Shown in pieces: positions 29,091-40,866 of a stretch of 64,000 bases of DNA (positions are counted from its first letter, which is position 1; each line of letters starts with the position of its first letter). The stretch is from the IMG/VR virus record IMGVR_UViG_3300032435_000001; one strand, written 5' to 3'. The stretch comes from a virus. The position numbers and the translations under genes are program-made. The notes beneath the pieces were generated by a model. That model had not been told where the DNA came from and did no database searches. It worked only from the letters and a program-made list of their open reading frames with translations.

Positions 29091-30197
29091 ATGGGTAAAG
29101 CACCGAAAAAAACTAATGTTATAGATAAAAATGATTTCGATTTAGATGCATTCTTAGAGTCTGAAAATATAGTAACTGTATCACAAGATAAAGAATTATC
29201 TTGGGTTCCACTATCTAAAGCTTGGCATGATGCGATTAAACTACCAGGTTTCCCAAGAGGATTCGTTAGTCTTGTAAGAGGCTACTCAAATACTGGTAAA
29301 TCAACCGCTTTTTATGAGGCTATCGCAGGTACTCAAAAAATTGGTGACCTTGCAATAGTAATTGAAACCGAAGGTAATTGGAATGTTGACCATGCTAAGA
29401 AAATAGGTGTTAAATTCAAAGAATTTGTTGATGCCAAAACTGGTGAGATAACTGAAAAACCAGATGGTTTTATTCTTATGAGAAGTAAGGATATTTACGA
29501 TAAGTATAAATGTTACAATCATCAAGATAGTAAGATGATGACCAAACCAACTAGAGGTGAGCCAGTTATTGAGGATGTTTCACTTTTTATTAGTGAAATG
29601 ATTCAAAAACAAGAAGATGGTTTAATAAGAAAAAACATTGTATTCCTTTGGGATTCAATTGGTACATTAAATTGCTACAAATCAGCTTGTTCTAATTCTA
29701 GTAATAATATGTGGAATGCTGGTGCAATGGGTGCCTTCCAAGCTATTGTCAACTTTAAAATACCATCTAGTAGAGCAGTAGATAGTTTATATATCAATAC
29801 AATGATTTGCGTTCAGAAAATATGGTTAGATAATATGAATGGTACTGTGATTAAACACAAAGGTGGTGAGTTTATGTTCTTCAATTCTAGGATTATAGTC
29901 CATGTTGGTGGTATATTAACACATGGTACTAAAAAACTAACAGCTAAAGCTTTAAATCAAGATTTCCAATATGGAACTGAAGCTAAAATTAGATGTGAGA
30001 AAAATCATGTTACTGGTATTGAGAGAAATGGTACGATAGCTTCCACACCACATGGTTATATTAACCCAAATGAATTGGATGAGTATAAGAAAGAACATAG
30101 ACAATTCATTCATGACGCTTTAAATGTTGATTACGATACAGTGATTGAGTATTTAAGTGAGGACGGTCAACTTGAAGGTGATGATATTATAGAATAG
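29091..30197 (+). CDS. RecA/UvsX-like recombinase
   Basis: Walker A GYSNTGKST, IETEG, Walker B FLWDS, KGGE and KNHV motifs. Confidence 0.85.
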   Translation: MGKAPKKTNVIDKNDFDLDAFLESENIVTVSQDKELSWVPLSKAWHDAIKLPGFPRGFVSLVRGYSNTGKSTAFYEAIAGTQKIGDLAIVIETEGNWNVDHAKKIGVKFKEFVDAKTGEITEKPDGFILMRSKDIYDKYKCYNHQDSKMMTKPTRGEPVIEDVSLFISEMIQKQEDGLIRKNIVFLWDSIGTLNCYKSACSNSSNNMWNAGAMGAFQAIVNFKIPSSRAVDSLYINTMICVQKIWLDNMNGTVIKHKGGEFMFFNSRIIVHVGGILTHGTKKLTAKALNQDFQYGTEAKIRCEKNHVTGIERNGTIASTPHGYINPNELDEYKKEHRQFIHDALNVDYDTVIEYLSEDGQLEGDDIIE

Positions 30198-30202
30198 AAT
30201 AT

Positions 30203-31252
30203 ATGAGAAGAGCACCTAGAAAAGATAATCTTGGGAAAGAAATTAAAACATTACTAATAGATGGTAACGCTCTGTTTAAAACGGGTTATCATGGTGCTAT
30301 AAACGATTATAACGATGATGGGAGGACTATAGGGGGTATTTACCAATTTGTGGTCATCATGAGAAAGTTAATCGATGAGAAGTATTATGATAGAGTTTTC
30401 GTCTTTTGGGATGGTAAATTTAGTGGTAAATTAAGATATAATCTTTATTCCGATTACAAAGGTAATCGGAATAAAGATTATATAAATGGTACAATACCAG
30501 ATGATAAGGACCAAATATTACAACGTTTGATAGTTCAAGAGTACCTAGAAGAATTATTTATTAGACAATTAGAGGATGAAATAGTTGAAAGTGATGATTT
30601 TATTTCGTATTTTTGTAAAACTAAAGGATTAAATGAGAAAATAACTATATGCACTAATGATAGAGATTTATGTCAATTAATAGATACTGATATTACGATT
30701 TATTTATGTGATAAGAAAAGATATGTCTCAGTTTGTAATTATAATGAGTTTTTTAAACATCACCATACAAATTCAGCTTTAGTTAAAATCATCAGTGGTG
30801 ATAATAGTGATAATATTAAAGGTATCAAAGGAGTTAAAGAACCTTCACTTTTAAAGTACTTTCCGTTTATAGCTGAAAGAAGTTGCACCTTAGTTGAGAT
30901 TATTAATGATGCTAAAAAATTACAGAATCAAAGATTAGTGGAGAAAAAGAAACCATTAAAAGTATTTGATAATTTAATCAATAGCGTTACAGATGGGATA
31001 CAAGGAAAGGATATTTATAAAATTAATAAACTTCTAGTTGATTTAACCACGCCTCAAATTACTTTGAGTGGTATTAATAAATTAGAAATATTAAAAAATG
31101 GTGTTATTGACCCACAAAACAGGGGTGTTAAGAACGTTATTAATTTAATGAGAAGAGATGGTATTGATAAGAAATTTTCTGATGTTTCAGAATACTTAAT
31201 ACCATTTAATAGATTGATTGAGAGAGAAAAAAAAATGTTTAACAAAAATTAG
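30203..31252 (+). CDS. 5'-3' exonuclease/flap endonuclease (T4 RNase H-like)
   Basis: LLIDGN, YKGNR, ESDDFI, TNDRDLCQL and GDNSDNIKGIKGV motifs. Confidence 0.92.
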   Translation: MRRAPRKDNLGKEIKTLLIDGNALFKTGYHGAINDYNDDGRTIGGIYQFVVIMRKLIDEKYYDRVFVFWDGKFSGKLRYNLYSDYKGNRNKDYINGTIPDDKDQILQRLIVQEYLEELFIRQLEDEIVESDDFISYFCKTKGLNEKITICTNDRDLCQLIDTDITIYLCDKKRYVSVCNYNEFFKHHHTNSALVKIISGDNSDNIKGIKGVKEPSLLKYFPFIAERSCTLVEIINDAKKLQNQRLVEKKKPLKVFDNLINSVTDGIQGKDIYKINKLLVDLTTPQITLSGINKLEILKNGVIDPQNRGVKNVINLMRRDGIDKKFSDVSEYLIPFNRLIEREKKMFNKN

Positions 31253-31256
31253 TGTT

Positions 31257-31751
31257 ATGAGAAAAAATGTTGAAAAGCCGTTATTTGAGTTTTCGTTGTT
31301 TATTAATAAAAACATTGTATGTCAAAGAAGTTTTGATGTCTATGGTTTTAATGCGGACTCCTTAGGTTCTTATGAGTTAAAAGAAATGATGAATGAGATT
31401 TCTGGTGTTAACAACGATTTAGGTAGGTTAGGTATTATACCTAAATTCTTAAAAAGTAAAAGTGATGATTATTTATGGGATAATTACAACCCACATATAC
31501 ATCAAAAAACGGAAGATATATTTATCCAAGATATACTTGAGATAGATGATAATTTCCAATTCGAAGTGAGAATGGGTGGTAAATTAATAACCAGCTCTAA
31601 CTTTAGTGGTAATTTATTCCCGCCAAGGGTTAGATACCAAGTTAATATCAGAGAAATCATTTTTGATATTATTGGTGAGATAAGAGAATTTTTGACTAGG
31701 AAAGAATACACAGCAATTAGTGAAGTGTATAACGAACAACCAGTAAATTAA
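31257..31751 (+). CDS. Hypothetical protein
   Basis: The likely start is ATG 31257. Lies directly upstream of the helicase. Confidence 0.6.
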   Translation: MRKNVEKPLFEFSLFINKNIVCQRSFDVYGFNADSLGSYELKEMMNEISGVNNDLGRLGIIPKFLKSKSDDYLWDNYNPHIHQKTEDIFIQDILEIDDNFQFEVRMGGKLITSSNFSGNLFPPRVRYQVNIREIIFDIIGEIREFLTRKEYTAISEVYNEQPVN

Positions 31752-31760
31752 TATTAACAT

Positions 31761-34163
31761 ATGTCTAGAGTAGAAAAAGATAATCTAGGTTTTTTAGGTG
31801 AGGACTATCAGTTAAGGCTGATAGCTCAACTAATAACTGATAAAAAATTCGCTAACGATATATTAGACATTATAGATGTTAACTTTTTTGGTGATGAATA
31901 CCTAAAACTAATAGCTGTTGAGATTAAAAATGCTTATAATACTCATCAAGTTATACCAGACTTTGAAAGTTTAGAGTTTAGATTGAAAGAAAGATTAAGT
32001 AATACAATACAGAGAGACTTCGCAATAGGTCAGTTAAATAAAATCAAAGATGTTAACTATAATGATAGCTTCAAGGTTCAAGAAATAGCTATGAAATTCT
32101 GTAAGCAGCAAGCTTTGAAAAAATCTGTTTCTGAAATAAACGTAATACTAGAAAGAGGTGATTATGAGGAGTATGATGAGTGTGAGGTTATACTAAAGAA
32201 AGCACTTTCAGTTGGGGAAAATAAAGATTTTAGTATTCAATTAGATAATGATATTGATGGCGTTCTAGCTGACGACTTTAGAAACCCAATAGCGACTGGT
32301 ATTAAAGGTTTTGATGAATACATGAATGGTGGTTTAGCTAAAACTGAACTAGGGATTATATTAGCTCCTTTTGGTGTTGGTAAAGCTTTACCTAATTCAA
32401 ATAAAATTTACACACCAGAAGGGTTTAAGTTAATGGGGTCTATTAATGTTGGTGATAAAGTATTTGGTAGAAATGGTAAGGAGACAAATGTTATTGGTGT
32501 CTACCCACAAGGTATTCGACCAATATTCAAAATTACTTTTAATGATACTACCAGTACTTTTTGTGATGAGGAACATTTATGGGCGGTCAATTCTAATGAC
32601 CAACGTAATCACTCATCTTGTAAAGTTGATAACTCATTTAAAGTAGTTAAAACTTCTGAACTAATCAATAATTTAACTTTCGGGACTGGAAAAGATTTGA
32701 ATTTTAAAATCCCAATGGTTGAACCAATTGAGTTTAACGAACAAGAATTACCAATTGACCCATATGTTTTAGGTGTAATGCTACGTGATGGTAATATGAA
32801 GTCGTCTACGTTTACTAGTAAGGATTTAGAAGTTGTTAATGAGGTTAGTAGGTTAATGTGTGGTGTTATATCCATAAAGGAAAAATGTTTAGATATTGAT
32901 AAAGATGATGTCTTAGTTAAAGAATGTTTATCTCATGTTTCTATTCATGGTATTACCGATAAATTAAAATCGTTAAGTTTATATAATAAAAAATCTAATA
33001 ATAAATTCATACCTATTAGTTATCTTCATAATTCAAAAACTAATAGGTTAGAAATACTTAGAGGTTTGTTAGATGCTGATGGTAATGTGAATAAAAATGG
33101 TAGTATCGAGTACGTTAGCGTTTCAAAAAAATTAATTGATGATGTTAAATGGTTAGTATTATCTTTAGGTGGTTTTTGTGAATTATCTATCGGAACACCT
33201 AACTACAGTTACGATGGTGTTAAGAAGGTTGGTTGGGAAGCTTATGTATTAATCATATCATTCCCAAGTGAAAATAAAATAAAACCATTTAAATTAGCTA
33301 GAAAAAATGAACTTCTCATTACTGGGGGTATTTATAATAGCGGTAAATTTATCAAATCGATTGAATATTCACATAAAGAAGAAGCCACTTGTATAATGGT
33401 TGATAATGTGGAACAACTATTCGTTACTGACGATTTTATTGTTACACATAACACAACTATGATTACCAAGATAGCTAACAGTGCTCTAAATCAAGGTTTT
33501 AACGTTTTACAAATATTTTTTGAAGATAATGAGAAGGTCATACAACGTAAACACTACGCTTGTTGGACCAATATAGAGTTAAATGAGTTATCTAATCATA
33601 AAGAATTAGTAAAGAAAACCGTTATTAGTAATTTAGAAGCTGGTGGTGAACTTAGGTTGTTAAAAATGAATAGTGATAATATCACGATAGCTAAGATAAA
33701 ACTAATGGTTAGGAAATTAATAGCTAACGGTTTTAGACCAGACATGATTTTAATTGACTATATCGACTGTGTTGAACCATCAAGAAAAGTAGATGATACT
33801 AATGTTGGTGAAGGTAGAGTAATGAGAGAATTTGAAACCATGTTAAATGAGTTTGATATGGCTGGATGGACAGCAGTACAAGGTAATCGTTGTGTTGCAC
33901 TTGACACTAAGGTGGATATTGAGGGTAAAGGTACTATTGAGATAAAAGATGTGGTGTTAAATGATAAAATTTTAACTAAAGATGGTTACAAAATGGTATC
34001 ACATATTTTCCCAATTCAAAAGCAACCAGTGTATAAGATAAAATTAAAATCTGGTAAGGAAATTAAAGTGAGTAAAAAACATTTCTTCCCAACATCAGAT
34101 GGGGTTTTGAGTTCAATTGAAAGTGGTTTAAGTATTGGTGTTAAGTTACTAATTAAAAAATAA
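31761..34163 (+). CDS. Replicative helicase (gp41/DnaB-like), N-terminal fragment containing one full intein and ending in a split-intein N half
   Basis: IATGIKGFDEYMNGGLAKTELGIILAPFGVGK|intein|TT (Walker A), FFED, ILIDYID, WTAVQGNR|CVALDT...stop. Confidence 0.92.
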   Translation: MSRVEKDNLGFLGEDYQLRLIAQLITDKKFANDILDIIDVNFFGDEYLKLIAVEIKNAYNTHQVIPDFESLEFRLKERLSNTIQRDFAIGQLNKIKDVNYNDSFKVQEIAMKFCKQQALKKSVSEINVILERGDYEEYDECEVILKKALSVGENKDFSIQLDNDIDGVLADDFRNPIATGIKGFDEYMNGGLAKTELGIILAPFGVGKALPNSNKIYTPEGFKLMGSINVGDKVFGRNGKETNVIGVYPQGIRPIFKITFNDTTSTFCDEEHLWAVNSNDQRNHSSCKVDNSFKVVKTSELINNLTFGTGKDLNFKIPMVEPIEFNEQELPIDPYVLGVMLRDGNMKSSTFTSKDLEVVNEVSRLMCGVISIKEKCLDIDKDDVLVKECLSHVSIHGITDKLKSLSLYNKKSNNKFIPISYLHNSKTNRLEILRGLLDADGNVNKNGSIEYVSVSKKLIDDVKWLVLSLGGFCELSIGTPNYSYDGVKKVGWEAYVLIISFPSENKIKPFKLARKNELLITGGIYNSGKFIKSIEYSHKEEATCIMVDNVEQLFVTDDFIVTHNTTMITKIANSALNQGFNVLQIFFEDNEKVIQRKHYACWTNIELNELSNHKELVKKTVISNLEAGGELRLLKMNSDNITIAKIKLMVRKLIANGFRPDMILIDYIDCVEPSRKVDDTNVGEGRVMREFETMLNEFDMAGWTAVQGNRCVALDTKVDIEGKGTIEIKDVVLNDKILTKDGYKMVSHIFPIQKQPVYKIKLKSGKEIKVSKKHFFPTSDGVLSSIESGLSIGVKLLIKK
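32385..33452 (+). mobile_element. Class-3 (WCT) intein with LAGLIDADG endonuclease, 356 aa, in helicase Walker A
   Basis: Starts at Ala (ALPNS). Block B CDEEHLW, LRGLLDADG, block F ATCIMVD, ends VTHN followed by T. Confidence 0.9.
33891..34160 (+). mobile_element. Split intein N-fragment (90 aa)
   Basis: CVALDTKV block A and KVSKKHFFPT block B, followed by a stop codon. Confidence 0.9.
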
Positions 34164-34209
34164 TTTAATAATGTTTTAAAATGGTTAATAATAAAGGGTT
34201 AGAGTATGT

Positions 34210-34674
34210 ATGGAAGAACATAAATTAAATTTAGAAGATTTTGATTTAGATGAGATTGAAAGTATTGAGTTAATTGGTTATGAAGACACTATCGATATAA
34301 CAGTAGATGATACACATATGTTTTACGCTAATGATATTTATACGCATAATAGTTCAATTAAAGCTGAGGTTGTTGAGTCAGACCAAATGGGTGGTTCGAT
34401 TAAGAAAGCGCAAATTGGGCATTTCATAGTTTCAGTTGCTAGAAGTAATGAGCAAAAAGATAGTGGTCACGCTAATTTAGCAATACTTAAATCTAGATTT
34501 GGTAAGGATGGTATTGTGTTGAGTGATTGCATTTTTGATAATTCAAGAGTTCAAATTGAGATTGTTGAGCAAGAATCTAAAACGTTCTTACAAAATACTT
34601 TTGATAAAAATTCTAGGGATTTAGATAGGGTTAAGTTGATTATGGATGCTAGTAAGAAAATTAAAGAAAGTTAA
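34210..34674 (+). CDS. Split intein C-fragment (47 aa, 34210-34350) fused to the helicase C-terminal extein
   Basis: [21 protein letters not shown]|[28 protein letters not shown]...ILKSRFG. Confidence 0.92.
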   Translation: MEEHKLNLEDFDLDEIESIELIGYEDTIDITVDDTHMFYANDIYTHNSSIKAEVVESDQMGGSIKKAQIGHFIVSVARSNEQKDSGHANLAILKSRFGKDGIVLSDCIFDNSRVQIEIVEQESKTFLQNTFDKNSRDLDRVKLIMDASKKIKES

Positions 34675-34691
34675 AAAAAAAAGAAAAAAAA

Positions 34692-35681
34692 ATGAGTGAG
34701 TTAAAAAAAGAACCGATTCTAACTGAAAATCAAAATAGATTCGTTTTATTCCCAATTGAACATGATGACATTTGGAAACTTTATAAACAACAGCAAGCTA
34801 GTATTTGGACTGCTGAGGAGATTGATTTACAACAAGACCTAAGGGATTGGAGTGAAAAGTTAAATGATAATGAGAAACATTTCATTAAACATATTTTAGC
34901 GTTCTTCGCAGCATCTGATGGTATAGTAAATGAAAATTTAGCTGAAAACTTCCTTAGTGAGGTACAATACACGGAAGCTAAGTTCTTTTATGGTTTCCAA
35001 ATTATGATGGAGAACATACACAGTGAAACATATTCATTACTTATCGATACATACGTTAAAGAAGAGGCTGAGAGACATAAACTATTCAATGCGATAGAAA
35101 CACTAAGTTGTGTTAAGAAAAAGGCTGATTGGGCTTTAAAATGGATTGAATCGGATTCTTTTGCTGAAAGATTGATTGCCTTTGCTGTTGTGGAGGGTAT
35201 TTTCTTTTCAGGTGCTTTTTGTTCAATTTATTGGTTAAAGAAACGTGGTTTAATGCCAGGCCTAACATTCTCCAATGAGTTAATTTCTCGTGATGAGGGT
35301 ATGCATACTGATTTTGCGGTTCATTTACATAATCATCATGTGGTTAATAAGGTTCCAAAGGAAAGGATTATTGAAATAGTTAGAGATGCTGTTGAAATTG
35401 AAAAAGAGTTCATATTAGATGCATTACCAGTAAAGTTAATTGGTATGAATTCAGATATGATGTCACAATATATTGAATTTGTTAGTGATAGGTTATTAGT
35501 TTCATTAAATTGCGGTAAGGAATTCAACGTTACTAACCCATTTCCATTTATGGATATGATTAACCTACCAGGGAAAACCAACTTCTTCGAGAAGAGAGTT
35601 GGCGAATACCAAAAAGCTGGTGTAACCAACACTGATTCTAGTAAGTCTATCACTTTTGACAGTGAAGATGGTGATTTTTAA
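34692..35681 (+). CDS. nrdB: Ribonucleotide reductase class Ia beta subunit
   Basis: [38 protein letters not shown] and RDEGMH di-iron/Tyr motifs. Confidence 0.97.
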   Translation: MSELKKEPILTENQNRFVLFPIEHDDIWKLYKQQQASIWTAEEIDLQQDLRDWSEKLNDNEKHFIKHILAFFAASDGIVNENLAENFLSEVQYTEAKFFYGFQIMMENIHSETYSLLIDTYVKEEAERHKLFNAIETLSCVKKKADWALKWIESDSFAERLIAFAVVEGIFFSGAFCSIYWLKKRGLMPGLTFSNELISRDEGMHTDFAVHLHNHHVVNKVPKERIIEIVRDAVEIEKEFILDALPVKLIGMNSDMMSQYIEFVSDRLLVSLNCGKEFNVTNPFPFMDMINLPGKTNFFEKRVGEYQKAGVTNTDSSKSITFDSEDGDF

Positions 35682-35700
35682 CATAATATTAGATTAAATT

Positions 35701-35734
35701 ATGTGGTTAGGGTGAATATTCACCCTAACCACAT
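35701..35734. other. Perfect 34-bp palindrome between nrdB and nrdA, no U-tract
   Basis: ATGTGGTTAGGGTGAAT|ATTCACCCTAACCACAT. Confidence 0.85.
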
Positions 35735-35771
35735 TAATTATAAGTAGATAATTATATAAATAAAAAAAAAT

Positions 35772-38138
35772 ATGAAAGTAGTAAAAAGAGATGGTATTAC
35801 TAAAGAAGATGTGAACTTCAATAAAATTAGTACCAGAATTAAAAAATTATGTTATGGTTTAGACACATTATATGTTGACCATGATGAAGTCTCAAAAAAA
35901 GTTATAGATGGTCTTTATGATGGTGTTACAACTATTGAGTTAGATAGACTTGCATCTGAAACAGCTGGAGCTTTAGTATCCCACCACCCAGATTATTCTT
36001 TACTAGCTTCTAGAATTGAGATAACCGCATTACATAAAAGCACTGAGAAATTTTTCAGTAAGACAATTGAAAAATTATATTCCTATATAAATGATAAAAA
36101 TGGTAAACATTCACCATTAATTAGTGATGAGTTATATGAGGTTGTTAAGAAAAATACTAAAGTTTTAAATTCTGCGATTATAAACGATAGGGATTTTAGT
36201 TATGATTATTTTGGTTTTAAAACTTTAGAGAAGTCATACCTTTTAAAAATAGATGGGAAAGTAGTTGAAAGACCACAACACATGTTAATGCGTGTTTCTT
36301 TAGGTATTCATGGTGGTGATGTTGAATCAGCGATAGAAACGTATAACTTAATGAGTGAGAAGTATTTTACACACGCAACACCTACATTGTTTAACGCTGG
36401 AACACCAAAACCTCAAATGTCATCTTGTTTCTTATTAACGATGAAAAATGATAGTATTGAAGGTATTTATGATACTTTAAAACAAACAGCTTTGATTTCA
36501 CAATCTGCTGGGGGTATTGGTTTAGCAATACATAACATAAGAGCTACAGGTTCTTACATTGCTGGGACTAATGGGGTTTCAAACGGTCTAACACCTATGT
36601 TACGTGTGTTTAACAATACTGCTCGTTACGTTGACCAAGGTGGTGGTAAAAGAAAAGGTAGTTTCGCCATTTATATAGAACCCTGGCATGCTGATATCTT
36701 AAGTTTCTTAGATTTAAAAAAGAATCATGGTGTTGAAGATATGAGAGCTAGGGATTTATTCTACGCAATGTGGACCCCAGATTTATTCATGAAACGTGTT
36801 CAAGAGGATGGTGATTGGACTTTAATGTGTCCAAACGAATGTCCAGGTCTTGCCGATGTTTACGGTGATGATTTTGAGGCTTTATATAAATCTTACGAAG
36901 AAGCTGGTAAAGGTAAAAGAACTGTGAAAGCTAAAGAAGTTTGGTTAAAAATTCTTGAATCTCAAATTGAAACAGGTACACCATATATGTTATATAAGGA
37001 TGCTGCAAATAAAAAATCTAATCAGAATAATTTAGGTACGATTCGTTCTTCAAATTTGTGTACTGAAATTATTGAATACACTTCACCAGATGAGGTTGCT
37101 GTTTGTAATTTAGCATCAGTAGCTTTACCTAAATTTGTTGAGGTTAAGGATAGGAAAGCTAAAAAACTTGAATATGTGTTCAACCATAAGAAATTACATC
37201 AGGTTGTTAAGCTTATAACTATAAATCTAAATAAGGTTATAGATAGGAATTATTACCCAGTTATTGAGGCTGAGTATTCAAATAAAAAACATAGACCAAT
37301 TGGGTTGGGTGTTCAAGGGTTAGCTGATGCGTTTCAAATAATGGGGATTCCTTTCACATCTAAGGAAGCTAAAGTTTTAAATGCTGCTATTTTTGAGACT
37401 ATGTATCACGCAGCCATGGAATCTTCCATGGAATTAGCTAAGGTAGATGGTCCTTATGAGACATTTGTTGGGTCAATGACTAGTAAGGGTACTTTCCAAT
37501 TTGATTTATGGGATGAACCTATTTTTAGTGGTATGTACGATTGGGATAAGTTAAAGAAAGAGGTTGTTGAGAATGGTATCCGTAACTCACTTTTAATGGC
37601 CCCTATGCCGACTGCTAGTACTTCTCAAATACTAGGGAATAACGAAGCATTCGAACCTTATACTACGAATATTTACACTAGACGTGTGTTATCAGGTGAA
37701 TTTATTTGTGTAAATAAACATTTAATTTTGACATTAATAAATTTAGGTTTATGGGATGACGAAATGAGAGATAGGTTAATGATTAGTAATGGGTCGATAG
37801 CTAATTTTACTGACATCCCTGAAAATGTTAGAGATATTTATAAAACTGTTTGGGAAATTTCACAACGTGATGTTATAGATTTATCAGCAGATAGAGGTGC
37901 GTTCATTTGTCAATCTCAATCTATGAATATATTTATGGATAACCCAAATTTCCAAAAATTAACCAACATGCATTTCCATGGTTGGAAGAAGGGTTTAAAG
38001 ACTGGTATGTATTACCTTAGAAATAAACCAGCTGTTGAAGCTATTAAATTCACTATCGACAAGACGAAATACGTCAAAGAGGATAAAGAGTTTTCAGCTG
38101 AAAATTCGGAATTTGATTGTGATAATTGTGGTTCATAA
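35772..38138 (+). CDS. nrdA: Ribonucleotide reductase class Ia alpha subunit with ATP-cone
   Basis: VVKRDG ATP cone, [37 protein letters not shown] and C-terminal CDNC. Confidence 0.97.
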   Translation: MKVVKRDGITKEDVNFNKISTRIKKLCYGLDTLYVDHDEVSKKVIDGLYDGVTTIELDRLASETAGALVSHHPDYSLLASRIEITALHKSTEKFFSKTIEKLYSYINDKNGKHSPLISDELYEVVKKNTKVLNSAIINDRDFSYDYFGFKTLEKSYLLKIDGKVVERPQHMLMRVSLGIHGGDVESAIETYNLMSEKYFTHATPTLFNAGTPKPQMSSCFLLTMKNDSIEGIYDTLKQTALISQSAGGIGLAIHNIRATGSYIAGTNGVSNGLTPMLRVFNNTARYVDQGGGKRKGSFAIYIEPWHADILSFLDLKKNHGVEDMRARDLFYAMWTPDLFMKRVQEDGDWTLMCPNECPGLADVYGDDFEALYKSYEEAGKGKRTVKAKEVWLKILESQIETGTPYMLYKDAANKKSNQNNLGTIRSSNLCTEIIEYTSPDEVAVCNLASVALPKFVEVKDRKAKKLEYVFNHKKLHQVVKLITINLNKVIDRNYYPVIEAEYSNKKHRPIGLGVQGLADAFQIMGIPFTSKEAKVLNAAIFETMYHAAMESSMELAKVDGPYETFVGSMTSKGTFQFDLWDEPIFSGMYDWDKLKKEVVENGIRNSLLMAPMPTASTSQILGNNEAFEPYTTNIYTRRVLSGEFICVNKHLILTLINLGLWDDEMRDRLMISNGSIANFTDIPENVRDIYKTVWEISQRDVIDLSADRGAFICQSQSMNIFMDNPNFQKLTNMHFHGWKKGLKTGMYYLRNKPAVEAIKFTIDKTKYVKEDKEFSAENSEFDCDNCGS

Positions 38139-38167
38139 AAAAAAGGGGTTTTAAACCCCTTTTTTTT
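38137..38167 (+). terminator. Intrinsic terminator
   Basis: AAAAAAAAGGGGTTT-T-AAACCCCTTTTTTTT. Confidence 0.85.
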
Positions 38168-38220
38168 ATGCTTATAATTTAAATTTTAATTATATTATGT
38201 ATATTTATCATAAAAGATAT

Positions 38221-38604
38221 ATGTCGTTACAAACTATTAACATTGACTTCCCATTTAGAGATAGTATAAATGGTGATTTTATTAAATTAAATGATAATGA
38301 TGCTGATGCTATAAAGGCTGATTTGATGCACCTATTATTAACTAATAAAGGTGAGAGGTTATACCTACCAGATTTTGGCACTAATTTAAGGAAATTCATT
38401 TTTGAACCAAATGATAGTTTAACTTTCTCAGACGTAAAAGCTGAGATTAACGAGACTGTTAATAAATATATACCAAAATTAAAAATCACTACAATATCGG
38501 TTGAGGAATCAAATGAGGCTGAGTACACAACAATAGTTAAGTTGGATTATGTGGTTAGTGATGATATATTTGAGGTTAGGGATTCTATAACTATAGAATT
38601 GTAA
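38221..38604 (+). CDS. Baseplate wedge subunit (gp25/gpW-like)
   Basis: IDFPF, LLLTNKGERLYLPDFGTNL..FIFEP. The likely start is 38221. Confidence 0.9.
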   Translation: MSLQTINIDFPFRDSINGDFIKLNDNDADAIKADLMHLLLTNKGERLYLPDFGTNLRKFIFEPNDSLTFSDVKAEINETVNKYIPKLKITTISVEESNEAEYTTIVKLDYVVSDDIFEVRDSITIEL

Positions 38605-38691
38605 CCATATTATGTATCTGTTTACATTTTAAATAAAAGATAAATATTTACAAATAAATAAAATCTTTTATATTTATTAATAAAAATGTAA

Positions 38692-40530
<1,839 letters not shown>

Positions 40531-40536
40531 AAAGTT

Positions 40537-40866
40537 ATGAGTTGTTGTAAAAGTAATGTGGATTCACCATTGGATGGTGAAAAAGAAAGTATATTAAGTA
40601 GAGTTATTGTTTTTATTGTTACCTTATTTTTGCTAACTATATTAACACCATTTTTTTGGTTAATTGGGGTCTATTTTATATTTAATAGTTTTATTCTTAA
40701 TAAGAATAACACCATCATACCTTCCATGATTTTTTTATATAAAATTATTAATAAAAATAAAGATAAAGAAAATTTAAATGATGATAATGAAATTGAGGAT
40801 ATTGATATTGACAATGTAGATAACTACGAGTTAATGGATTATCAAATGGTTGATGACGATGAGTAA
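40537..40866 (+). CDS. Small membrane protein
   Basis: Long hydrophobic stretch (VIVFIVTLFLLTILTPFFWLIGVYFIF), acidic tail and MSCC N-terminus. Confidence 0.65.
   Translation: MSCCKSNVDSPLDGEKESILSRVIVFIVTLFLLTILTPFFWLIGVYFIFNSFILNKNNTIIPSMIFLYKIINKNKDKENLNDDNEIEDIDIDNVDNYELMDYQMVDDDE

Noticed and set aside
34164-34209. Sequencing frameshift or pseudogene explanation for the broken helicase
   Set aside because: Stops in both relevant frames prevent repair by one indel, and the break falls where inteins are naturally split.
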